Of a stretch of DNA of 64,000 nucleotides, positions 21,128 to 29,566 are shown piece after piece. The DNA is from an uncultured Acidobacteriota bacterium. Lineage in GTDB: Bacteria; Acidobacteriota; Vicinamibacteria; Fen-336. Both the position numbers and the translations under genes were made by a program. How positions within the stretch are numbered: the first letter of the stretch is position 1; every line of letters starts with the position of its first letter. Under the pieces are notes generated by a model. That model saw nothing but the letters and a program-made list of their open reading frames with translations. It was not told the DNA's origin and searched no databases. Where the stretch lies: contig OY970399.1 of the NCBI GenBank assembly GCA_963720545.1, forward strand, positions 672,001 to 736,000, read 5' to 3'.

Positions 21128-22075
21128 GTGACGAGCGCATCGACGACGGCGGGCATCCGCGTGTCCTGCAACCTCTGCGGCGCGGACGATTTCGAGGTGC
21201 GCTTCGAGGCGGCGCCGCCCCGGCAGCAGGACCTCGCATCCGATCTCAAGGCCTCGACCGACCGCTTCGCGAGCTACGGCCGCATCGTCCGCTGCCGCGT
21301 CTGCCGGCTCGTGTACACCAACCCCCGGCCATCGGCCGAGATCCTCACCAACGGCTACGAGGAGGTCGAGGATCCGGACTACCTTGCGGAGCCGTCGAGC
21401 CGCAGCATCAACGCCCACATGGCGCTGCACACGGTGCGGCGCTTCGCTCGCTCGGGCCACCTGCTCGACATCGGCTGTTCCGCCGGTTTCATGCTGCAGG
21501 CGGCGCGCGGCGACTACGTGGTCACCGGCCTCGAGCCTTCGCGCTGGGCCTGCGACCTCATCCGGGGCAAGTACGGTCTCGAAGTGGTGCAGGGCACGAT
21601 CGACACCGCCGACTTCCCCGCCGGCAGCTTCGACATCATCACGATGAACGACGTCATCGAGCACCTCGACGACCCCAGCCGCGCGCTCGTGAGGCTGCGC
21701 GCCTGGCTGCGCCCGGGCGGCCTGCTCTACATCGTAACGCCCGACATCGAGAGCCTGTCGGCAAGGCTGCTGCAGGGGCGATGGTGGGGCCTGCGGCCCG
21801 CGCACATCTACTACTTCTCGCGCAAGACGATGCGCGCGCTGCTGCACCGCGCGGGCTTCGAGGTGGTGTTCGAGAAATCGTATGGCCGCGTCTTCACCTG
21901 GGAATACTGGCTGAGCCGCCTCGCCAACTATCCGGCGTTCATCCGCGACACGGTCGGCGCGGGCGTGCGTGCTTTCGGCGTCGAGCACAAGTTCCTCTAC
22001 CTCGACACCCGCGACTCGATGGAGATGTGCGCGAGAGTCGCCGGCGCGCCGGCGGCCGCCGACCAGGCGGGATGA
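21128..22075 (+). CDS. Class I SAM-dependent methyltransferase with N-terminal Zn-binding motif
   Basis: CNLC..CRVC, LLDIGCSAG, FDIITMNDVIEH, LRPGG. Start is GTG 21128 or ATG 21119. Confidence 0.9.
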   Translation: MTSASTTAGIRVSCNLCGADDFEVRFEAAPPRQQDLASDLKASTDRFASYGRIVRCRVCRLVYTNPRPSAEILTNGYEEVEDPDYLAEPSSRSINAHMALHTVRRFARSGHLLDIGCSAGFMLQAARGDYVVTGLEPSRWACDLIRGKYGLEVVQGTIDTADFPAGSFDIITMNDVIEHLDDPSRALVRLRAWLRPGGLLYIVTPDIESLSARLLQGRWWGLRPAHIYYFSRKTMRALLHRAGFEVVFEKSYGRVFTWEYWLSRLANYPAFIRDTVGAGVRAFGVEHKFLYLDTRDSMEMCARVAGAPAAADQAG

Positions 22076-24285
22076 AGAACGCGGCGCTCGCGTTCGCCTT
22101 GTTCGCGGCGGTCGCCATCGCCTGGCTCGCTCCGGTTTCGCTTTCGCCCCGCGACACCGTGCAGGACTCGGGCGATCCGCTCCACATCGCGTGGATCCTG
22201 GCCTGGGACGCGCACCAGCTGGCGCGCAACCCGCTGCGGCTCTACGAATCGAACAGCTTCTTCCCATACCCCCGCAGCCTCGCCTTCTCGGAACACCTGC
22301 TGCCCGAAGCGATCCTGGTTGCGCCGGTCAACTGGCTGACCGGCAACGCCGTTCTCGCCGCGAACCTGAGCGCCTGCCTGGGGCTGACGCTTTCAGCCTT
22401 CGCCATGTGGCTGCTGGTGCGTGAATGGACCGGCAGTCCGCCGGCCGCCGTGCTGGCGGCGCTCCTCTACGCCTTCAACACTTTCACGCGCAGCGAAGCG
22501 CCGCGCCTGCACCTGCTGCACATGCAGTGGTGGCCGCTCGCGCTCCTGATGCTGACGCGCTACGCGCGCGACCGCCGACCCACGCACGCCTGGGCGTTCG
22601 CTGGCTTCTTGCTGCTGCAGGGCCTGTCCTGCACCTATTACCTGGTGTTCAGCGTTGCGCTTGCGCCGCTCTGGGTCGCGGGCGTCTTCTGGTGGCAGCG
22701 GCGTGCTCCGTCGCGCACGGAGTGGCTGACATTCGCCGTCGCGTCGGTCGCGGCCGCGGCGCTCGCGCTGGCGGTGTTGTGGCCACTCATCGCCAACATT
22801 CGCGCCATGGGTTTCGAAAAGACCTGGAGCGCCGGAGTGGACCTGCTCGCCTACCTGTGGCCCCAGCCGCGCCACCTGCTGTGGGGGTTCCTCGCTCGCA
22901 ACTCGCCTTCCGCGGTTGCCGACACGCCACACTTCCTCGGCCTCGCTGGCGTTGTGGCGATGGCGTATGGCGCCTTGATTGGCCTGGCGCGCCGCCATTC
23001 GCGGCCGCTCGCAGCGATCGCCGCCGGCACACTTCTCATCGGCCTGGTCTTTTCTTTCGGACCCGACCTGCTCGTCGGCGGCAGTGCAGTGTTTCCCGCG
23101 CCCTACGGCTTCCTCTACAGCCACATTCCTCTTTTGCGCGGCATGGCCAGTCCCGAGCGCTTCGCCGTGCTGGTGCGCTTCGGCGGCGCTCTGCTCATCG
23201 GTTTCGCGGCCGCGGCCGTGCTGCAACAGCCGGTGACCAAAGCCCGCCGCGTCGGCGCAACGCTCGCGGCGCTGCTGCTCGTCGGCGAGCACTGGACGGC
23301 AGCCACCGCGCCATGGAAGGCGCCCGTCGGCGCGCTGGTTCCACCGGTCTATGGCTGGCTCGCGACCCAAGGCACGGGTCCGCTCATCGAACTGCCGGTC
23401 TATCACGAGCGCGTGAAGCGCCTGCGGGCCGCCTACATGTACTTCTCGACGCTCCACTGGCGGCCCATCCCGCTGGGGCGCACGTCTTTCTATCCGCCCG
23501 ACCACGACTACCTCGCGTGGTCGCTGCGCGACTTCCCCGACCAGGACTCGGTCGAGATCCTCCGCCGCCTCGGTATCGGCACGATCGTCGTGCATCCGGA
23601 GCTGTGGCGGGAACCGAAGCGCGGCGAGCACCTGCGCACGCTCGATGCCGACCCGCGGCTGCAGCTGGTGCGCACGTTCGGCGCGGCCGACCCGTCGCTG
23701 GCCCCGGAGCTCGGCCTCGGCGAAGAGCGCGTCTATCGTGTCGTGCTGGAAGCGCCCGCAGCGCCGGCAATGCTCCCTTGCACGCCGGAGAACGAGCTGC
23801 CGCGCGCCGGCTGGCAGCTTGCGCATTCCGGCCGCAAGCTGCCGCGGCTCGCGACCGACGGCGATCCGCGCACGGCCTGGTTCACGCACGAGCCGATGCG
23901 GCCGGGCGACTACTTCGAAGTGCGGCTTGCAGCGCCGGCGGCCGTTGCAGCGATCGCCATGGATGCGAGCTATCCCTACGACGAGTTCCCGCGCAACCTC
24001 ACGGTCGAGACGACGCTCGACGGCTCGACCTGGCAGCCGTGGCCCACGAGCCGCTCGCTCGACGAGTCGTGGCAGTACATCGCTGCCCTCATCGAGCACC
24101 CGCGAGCCGCCCAGTTCATCAGCCGGCCGCGCACCGCGGCGGTGGTGCGAGGCGTGCGGCTCAGCATCGCGCGCAGCGGCTGGGACGACGCCTGGCCGCA
24201 GTGGCGCATCGCGGAATTGCGGCTCTACTCCGAATGCCGCGCCGCGGCGGCGGCCGCGGGCCGCGTGGTAGGCTCCGGACCCTGA
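22072..24285 (+). CDS. YfhO/GT-C-like membrane protein with C-terminal discoidin (F5/8-type)-like domain
   Basis: ATGA overlap. DSGDPLHIAWILAWD, many TMs, SPERF. C-terminal ATDGDPRTAWFT..W.IAELRLY. Confidence 0.75.
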   Translation: MKNAALAFALFAAVAIAWLAPVSLSPRDTVQDSGDPLHIAWILAWDAHQLARNPLRLYESNSFFPYPRSLAFSEHLLPEAILVAPVNWLTGNAVLAANLSACLGLTLSAFAMWLLVREWTGSPPAAVLAALLYAFNTFTRSEAPRLHLLHMQWWPLALLMLTRYARDRRPTHAWAFAGFLLLQGLSCTYYLVFSVALAPLWVAGVFWWQRRAPSRTEWLTFAVASVAAAALALAVLWPLIANIRAMGFEKTWSAGVDLLAYLWPQPRHLLWGFLARNSPSAVADTPHFLGLAGVVAMAYGALIGLARRHSRPLAAIAAGTLLIGLVFSFGPDLLVGGSAVFPAPYGFLYSHIPLLRGMASPERFAVLVRFGGALLIGFAAAAVLQQPVTKARRVGATLAALLLVGEHWTAATAPWKAPVGALVPPVYGWLATQGTGPLIELPVYHERVKRLRAAYMYFSTLHWRPIPLGRTSFYPPDHDYLAWSLRDFPDQDSVEILRRLGIGTIVVHPELWREPKRGEHLRTLDADPRLQLVRTFGAADPSLAPELGLGEERVYRVVLEAPAAPAMLPCTPENELPRAGWQLAHSGRKLPRLATDGDPRTAWFTHEPMRPGDYFEVRLAAPAAVAAIAMDASYPYDEFPRNLTVETTLDGSTWQPWPTSRSLDESWQYIAALIEHPRAAQFISRPRTAAVVRGVRLSIARSGWDDAWPQWRIAELRLYSECRAAAAAAGRVVGSGP

Positions 24286-24287
24286 AC

Positions 24288-24926
24288 ATGACTTCCGCGC
24301 CGCCGAAGGTTTCACCGAAGATCGAGAAGGGCGACCTCAGCGCCGAGCGGCTGGCGAAGTACCTGAAGGCGGAGGCAGTTGCGGTCGACACCGAAACGCT
24401 GGGCCTGCAGCCGCTGCGCGACCGCCTGTGCGTGGTGCAGCTGTGCGACCGCGCCATGAACGCGACGCTGGTGCAGATTCCCCAGCACACGACCAGCGCG
24501 CCGCGGCTCAAGGAGCTGTTCGAGGCCAAAGCGGTCTTGAAGGTGTTCCACTTCGCGCGCTTCGACGTGGCCGCGCTGCGGCACGCGCTCGGCATCAAGG
24601 TGGATCCGCTCTACTGCACCCGCACCGCCAGCAAGCTGGTGCGCACCTACACCGACCGCCATGGGCTGAAGGACGTGGCCGCGGAGTTCCTCGACGTCGA
24701 GATGGAGAAGCAGACCCGGCACAGCGACTGGGGCGCCGAGAGACTATCGAAGGAGCAGGTGAAGTACGCGATCTCCGACGTCACCATGCTGCTGCCGATC
24801 ATGGACGGCCTGCAGGCGCGGCTTCTGCGCGAAGGCCGCGCGCAGCTCGCCGACGAGTGCTTCAAGGCGATTCCGACCATCGCGCAGCTCGACCTGCTGA
24901 GTTTCGAGAACCTGTTCGAGCACTAG
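24288..24926 (+). CDS. Stand-alone DEDDy 3'-5' exonuclease (RNase D short form / NrnC-like)
   Basis: AVDTETLGL, RDRLCVVQL, FHFARFDV, RTYTDRHGLKD, SDWG, YAISDV. About 212 aa with no HRDC domain. Confidence 0.9.
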   Translation: MTSAPPKVSPKIEKGDLSAERLAKYLKAEAVAVDTETLGLQPLRDRLCVVQLCDRAMNATLVQIPQHTTSAPRLKELFEAKAVLKVFHFARFDVAALRHALGIKVDPLYCTRTASKLVRTYTDRHGLKDVAAEFLDVEMEKQTRHSDWGAERLSKEQVKYAISDVTMLLPIMDGLQARLLREGRAQLADECFKAIPTIAQLDLLSFENLFEH

Positions 24927-26200
24927 ATCAGCCCCTGGATCTCGTCGGGGTGGGTTGCCTTCAGCTGCTTGAGGGCGGCGATCAGCGCCTCGCCGTACTC
25001 GCGGCAATGGTTGAGGAAGGTTTCGGCGCGCGCGTGCGCCCAGCCGTCGGCGAACAGTGACTTCTCCTTGTCGGTGTGCGGCACCGAGGCGCCGCCCTCG
25101 ACGTGGTGCGGCGGGCGCCGCTCGTACTTGAACCCCGACATCCCCGAAAAAGCGGTGCGCAGCAGGTGGTCGATGACGCGCACGATGCGCGGCTGGTCGG
25201 AGCCGAGCAGCCGGCTGTCGGCGCGCACCGACACCTCGGTGCCCTTTTCCGTGAAGCCGATGACGATGCCGATGGAGGTGCCTTCGATGCGCATCAGGTC
25301 GTTGGCGAGCTCCGCCACCACGTCGCGGTGCTCGGCGCGCACGAAGCCGACCGGCGCGATGCGCACGCCGCCCACCGACATGACGTTGAGGAACGCGGTG
25401 CTGCGGTAGGCGTTCCACTCGAGCGGCACGCGGTAGTCGCGCAGCTCGTCGAGCACCTGCTTGGTGAGGTCGTCGCGCGTCAGCTTCTCGAACATGCGGA
25501 AGTCGAGCGGCGTGGCGCCGTGCAGGAGCGCGCTGGTGTCGGTGTAGATGCCGAGCGCCGCGGCTGCCCGGCCCTTCGCCCCGAGGTCGTCGAGCACGCC
25601 GAAGGCCATGGCGAGTGTTGCCATGAAGGAAGACGTGGAGCCAACCGGGATGCCGACGAACGCAAGCTTCACTTCGCGCACGCCGTGTTCGCGGCAGTTG
25701 CGCTCCACCACCTCCGGGTCGGCGTGATGGTCGGCGACGAAAAAGAACTCGCGCGCGGGCACGATGCCGGCGGTGTTGGTCATCCCCAGCGGCGGCGAGG
25801 TGTCGACCATGCAGTTGAGGCCGCGCGGCAGCCGCCCTTTGTTCGGGTCGTGCAGCTCGATGCCAACTTCCTGCACCATGCCGCGGTTCTGCGGATGGCC
25901 GAGGGTGCCGGTGAGTATCCGCACCTGGCGGGCGCCGAGGCTCAGGAGGATCCGCTGCAGCACCACGGCGCTGCCGAGCGCGTCCGGATCCCCTGCCCAC
26001 TGCGTGAAGATGTTGGCGCCGCGTCCACGGATGGCGCCCTGCGCGCGCTTCAGCCCGGTGTAGGCGATGTACGCCTGGCTCAGCAGCTCGATGTTGTGGC
26101 GAGTGAAGCGCTTGCCGAGGGGGGCGCCGAACTTGGCACCCACTGTCGCCGGGCTGGGCAGTCGAAGCGGCTTCTTGAGGATGGTCCCGTTACGCACCAC
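24923..26200 (-). CDS. DHH family phosphoesterase with DHHA1-like domain
   Basis: DPDALGS, VDT, ADHH, GSTSS, GIYTDT, SVR..GGA. Confidence 0.85.
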   Translation of the reverse strand: MVRNGTILKKPLRLPSPATVGAKFGAPLGKRFTRHNIELLSQAYIAYTGLKRAQGAIRGRGANIFTQWAGDPDALGSAVVLQRILLSLGARQVRILTGTLGHPQNRGMVQEVGIELHDPNKGRLPRGLNCMVDTSPPLGMTNTAGIVPAREFFFVADHHADPEVVERNCREHGVREVKLAFVGIPVGSTSSFMATLAMAFGVLDDLGAKGRAAAALGIYTDTSALLHGATPLDFRMFEKLTRDDLTKQVLDELRDYRVPLEWNAYRSTAFLNVMSVGGVRIAPVGFVRAEHRDVVAELANDLMRIEGTSIGIVIGFTEKGTEVSVRADSRLLGSDQPRIVRVIDHLLRTAFSGMSGFKYERRPPHHVEGGASVPHTDKEKSLFADGWAHARAETFLNHCREYGEALIAALKQLKATHPDEIQGLI

Positions 26201-26359
26201 AGGGACGCCGATCCTAACACCAGCGCAAGGCCGGCCTCACCTGCGGCAGCCGGCGACCTTGGCAACCGGCCGGCCGCTCGGTCCAAGGCGTTCACGCCGG
26301 TATTTCAACAGCGCCTGCGGTGAAATCGTCACTCTAGTAGGCTTCGATCCAGCGGTCCT

Positions 26360-26435
26360 GCGCCCGTAGCTCAATGGATAGAGCACTTGGCTTCGAACCA
26401 AGGGGTTGGGGGTTCGAGTCCCTCCGGGCGCGCCA
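26360..26435 (+). tRNA. tRNA-Arg(TCG)
   Basis: 76-nt cloverleaf: acceptor GCGCCCG/CGGGCGC, anticodon stem CTTGG/CCAAG with loop CTTCGAA, T loop TTCGAGT, encoded CCA. Confidence 0.97.
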
Positions 26436-26592
26436 CATGACGGCCAGTTTTAAAGCGCCGGCGGAGGCTGCTGGCTGGACCTCTTTTGTCGTAGACGGTT
26501 GCGATCGCCAGTACTAATGTCGATACACACGGCGACCTAGTTCCCGATGTGACCTCCAGAGTAGGGACGGCAGGCGCGAGCGAGGAGGCTGT

Positions 26593-27900
26593 ATGAGTTC
26601 GATACCTGTTGGTTTCGTTGGCGGTTTGATCGCGCTGGTTGCGTTGCTGCCTGGGCAGACCGCTGAGTCAAAGGTGTCGGAGGCCGGCCAATTGATCGCT
26701 TCAGACGCGGGCATTAATGAGGGCTTTGGCACCGCGATCGCCATTGAAGGCGACGTAGCTGCTGTCGGAGCGCCAGGCGTAATCCACGACGGCCGCCGGG
26801 CGGGAGCGGTCTACCTTTTCGTCAAGCCAACAGGAGGCTGGAGTGAGAACCAGGTCGAAAGCGCCAGGCTCGAAGGTTCAGAGAGTTTTGCGGCCGGATT
26901 CTCGCCCTTGAGTTTTGGCCGGTTTATTGCGATGAGTGGCGACACGATTGTGGTCGGCGATCCGAACATCTACCGTACTCCTCAGCAGCGAAGCGAACCG
27001 CGAGCCTATGTATTCGTCAAGCCGGCAAGCGGCTGGACTGGCACGATCAATGAGACGGCCACGTTGCGGGCGTGGGGGGGCCACGGCGGATCTTCGCCTT
27101 CGTCCTTTGGCGGCCCGGTTGCGATCGATGGAGACACCGTGGTCATCGGCGGCAACAACGTGGACGACGGAGTTGTCTATGTCTTCCAGAAGCCCGCCGG
27201 CGGCTGGAGCGGGACGGTACACGAGCAGGTACGCCTTCACGGCAGGAGCGGCGGACCGTTCGGGGAGGGTATCGGCCTGAACGCCGTGGCCGTCCAGGGG
27301 CGCACAGTTGTGGCAAGCGCCACGGGGTTCTCGCTCGACGGCATACATGCGGCGGGTGCGGCCTACGTCTTCGAAAAGCCCCTGAGCGGCTGGCACGGAG
27401 ACGTTACGCCCACGGCGCGGCTGACGACGTCGAATCCGCAACAGCTCCTGCTGGGCTGGAGCGTCGCGGTTGCGCGAGACACGGTGTTTGCGAGTCAACC
27501 GACCTTTAACCAGGGTTCGCCCGACGTTTCTCCCGGCACTGCGCATGCGTTCGTTCGGCCGCCTTCAGGATGGCAGGACACGTTGACGCCGTCGGCCACG
27601 TTTGTCGTGCCAAGCCCCCCACGGCAGTTCGGAGGATTCGGTTCAGCAGTTGCTGCAGCAGGTAACAAACTCATAGTCTTTGGCGACCAGCAACGACTAG
27701 GCGAGGCGTTCAACATCCTGCTTCGATTCGAGCGGCCCCCTCTCGGTTGGTCGGGGACAATGACGCCAGTCGCACGCCTCTATCCCGCTGACCCTGCCGA
27801 TCGGATACTCGACAGTGTCTTCTTCTCGATCGCGACCAGCGGCAGGACAACGGTTCTTGGGGATCCCGATCACGGGAAGGCCTTCGTGTTCGATCAATAA
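26593..27900 (+). CDS. Secreted FG-GAP repeat (integrin-like beta-propeller) protein
   Basis: RBS GAGGAGG and signal peptide. About 6 repeats of FG..VAI.GD..VVG…AYVF.KP..GW.G. Confidence 0.85.
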   Translation: MSSIPVGFVGGLIALVALLPGQTAESKVSEAGQLIASDAGINEGFGTAIAIEGDVAAVGAPGVIHDGRRAGAVYLFVKPTGGWSENQVESARLEGSESFAAGFSPLSFGRFIAMSGDTIVVGDPNIYRTPQQRSEPRAYVFVKPASGWTGTINETATLRAWGGHGGSSPSSFGGPVAIDGDTVVIGGNNVDDGVVYVFQKPAGGWSGTVHEQVRLHGRSGGPFGEGIGLNAVAVQGRTVVASATGFSLDGIHAAGAAYVFEKPLSGWHGDVTPTARLTTSNPQQLLLGWSVAVARDTVFASQPTFNQGSPDVSPGTAHAFVRPPSGWQDTLTPSATFVVPSPPRQFGGFGSAVAAAGNKLIVFGDQQRLGEAFNILLRFERPPLGWSGTMTPVARLYPADPADRILDSVFFSIATSGRTTVLGDPDHGKAFVFDQ

Positions 27901-28344
27901 TTTCAGACTAGACGCGCTGCTTGCTGCTCCCCAGGAGACGGCGCGAGCCTCAACAATAGGCAAGATCCTGCCCGACTTGGACGCATCTTTGCTGATTGTC
28001 CACGATCACCCGGACGGGAAGACTTGCACCCCAACGCGTGACTGTGGATAACGAACGCCCGACCCGAACAGCTAGAACGGGTCCGGGGCGGGCGAAGGCG
28101 TCCTTTGAACGAAACCTCGCCTCTGCGAGGACCCCTCCGGGTGAACTCCTTACGCAGGACTTAAGCAACTGAAATGCCAAGGCGAACGACGCTGAAAAGC
28201 GTGGAATCGAGCCGAGAACGTTGGCCGCGACGCCCCTGGCGTGGGACATTTCTACAATGGCGAGCAGCGAGGCCTCAGAGAGTTCGCTGGTAGTGACGCT
28301 GGACATTAAGGCCTTGCCGGCAGACGACTAGCCTTCGACGAGGT

Positions 28345-28938
28345 ATGAATAAGAATCAGTTCCACGAATTGCTCTATCAAGCTTTCGAAACAGCCCGATG
28401 GAGCGTCAAGGTCTACGAAACCGCACTGCAGTGTGTGGAGAACGACGACCTTGAGAAGGCGTGGCGGGACCATTTCGATGGCTCGCGTCGGCAGGAACGC
28501 GCCCTCCAGGAAGTCTTCAAGACGCTTGCGCTGGACGAATCAGCAATGACCCGTGGGAGTGATCGTATCGGGTCCCTGGGACGGCGGTTGGTTGAAGCAA
28601 TGGAAGAGGCGCTCAAGGACGGCAACTCAGCGAACGCGGAAATTGTCGCGGCGGAGTGCGTGGTCGAAATCGAAGCCAAGGCGGCTTTGTATTGGGATGT
28701 CATCGGCGAACGCGCCAAGCGCCTGGTCGGCGTAGAAGGTGCTGCCGTCAAGGCAGCGCACGCCGAGGTAGTGGGTGAGCAACAGAAGCGCCTCTACTAC
28801 ACCACCGGCTGGGTCCGCGAGCTGTGGATCAGTGCGTTAGGTATGCCTGCTGTGTTGCCACCGCCAGAGCATGAGAGACGGGTGACTTCAGCCATCGGAG
28901 CCGCTCGAGCGCGACAAAGCCGTGCGGAGATGCTCTAG
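28345..28938 (+). CDS. Ferritin-like (DUF892-related) protein, divergent paralog lacking metal ligands
   Basis: 197 aa, aligns without gaps to 40959..41552. RBS GAGG. Confidence 0.8.
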   Translation: MNKNQFHELLYQAFETARWSVKVYETALQCVENDDLEKAWRDHFDGSRRQERALQEVFKTLALDESAMTRGSDRIGSLGRRLVEAMEEALKDGNSANAEIVAAECVVEIEAKAALYWDVIGERAKRLVGVEGAAVKAAHAEVVGEQQKRLYYTTGWVRELWISALGMPAVLPPPEHERRVTSAIGAARARQSRAEML

Positions 28939-29045
28939 GCCCACCTCTTCTTTGCCATGGACGTTGAAATGAACCAGGTTTAGTCTCGGCACCAGGCAAT
29001 TCCCACGAGACGCCGGGCATCCTCCCGACGCCGGTATTCTTCGAT

Positions 29046-29303
29046 CTAGACGTTGACGATCGTGCCGGCCAGCCGCTCGCGATAGTGCTTGTAGATGACC
29101 GCGCCCAGGGCGGCGATGCCGCCGAGGACGATGACAGCGGCGATGACGCGGAACAGGCTGCGGAACCAGGCGTAGGCGAGGCCGAGGGCTGGCCACTGGA
29201 CCCACCAATGACCCGGCGAGGTCATGAGGTTGATTGTGAACAGGAACGCCAGGATGAGCGGCGCCTTGAAGAGGAACGCGACCGCCTTGATCGTCTTCGT
29301 CAT
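29046..29303 (-). CDS. Small membrane protein (2TM-domain-like)
   Basis: FLFTINLMTSPGHWWVQWPALG motif plus hydrophobic helices. GC3-rich codons. Confidence 0.75.
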   Translation of the reverse strand: MTKTIKAVAFLFKAPLILAFLFTINLMTSPGHWWVQWPALGLAYAWFRSLFRVIAAVIVLGGIAALGAVIYKHYRERLAGTIVNV

Positions 29304-29481
29304 CTGAGGGGCCCCTTGATCAGAAATACGCGTGGTACGTTGCGAAGTTCGATCCAAGGCCGCGTATCGGACATCGCCAACAATCCAAGGCTCCGGAGAG
29401 GATTGTGCCGGCCAGCGCATTGGACGCCTCCAAACTGTTGCAGCCGTGGTATTTACACAGTGAACAATGATTGGAGTACGC

Positions 29482-29497
29482 TGGCGCGAACGTTGCT
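29482..29497 (+). promoter_or_regulatory. Putative sigma54 (-24/-12) promoter of the TonB-dependent receptor
   Basis: TGGCGCGAACGTTGCT = GG-N10-GC, 70 nt before the ATG. Confidence 0.6.
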
Positions 29498-29566
29498 CGC
29501 ATTAACTTACACTTCGACTCCTTTCTTGATAACCGGGGCGTGTCGAACCCCATCTGGAGGTCACGC

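Noticed and set aside
28125..28145. Possible attR copy of the tRNA-Arg 3' end (CCCTCCGGG)
   Set aside because: Only a 9-bp match in GC-rich DNA, and no integrase nearby.
27950..28306. 118-aa minus-strand ORF
   Set aside because: No recognisable motif, weak codon bias, and it covers the upstream region of the ferritin-like paralog.
28300..28317. sigma54 box before the ligand-less ferritin paralog
   Set aside because: GG to GC spacing is 13 nt, not the required 10.
29341..29356. sigma54 box for the 2TM gene (TGGATCGAACTTCGCA, minus strand)
   Set aside because: Spacing is right but both half-sites are poor matches, so it was not called.
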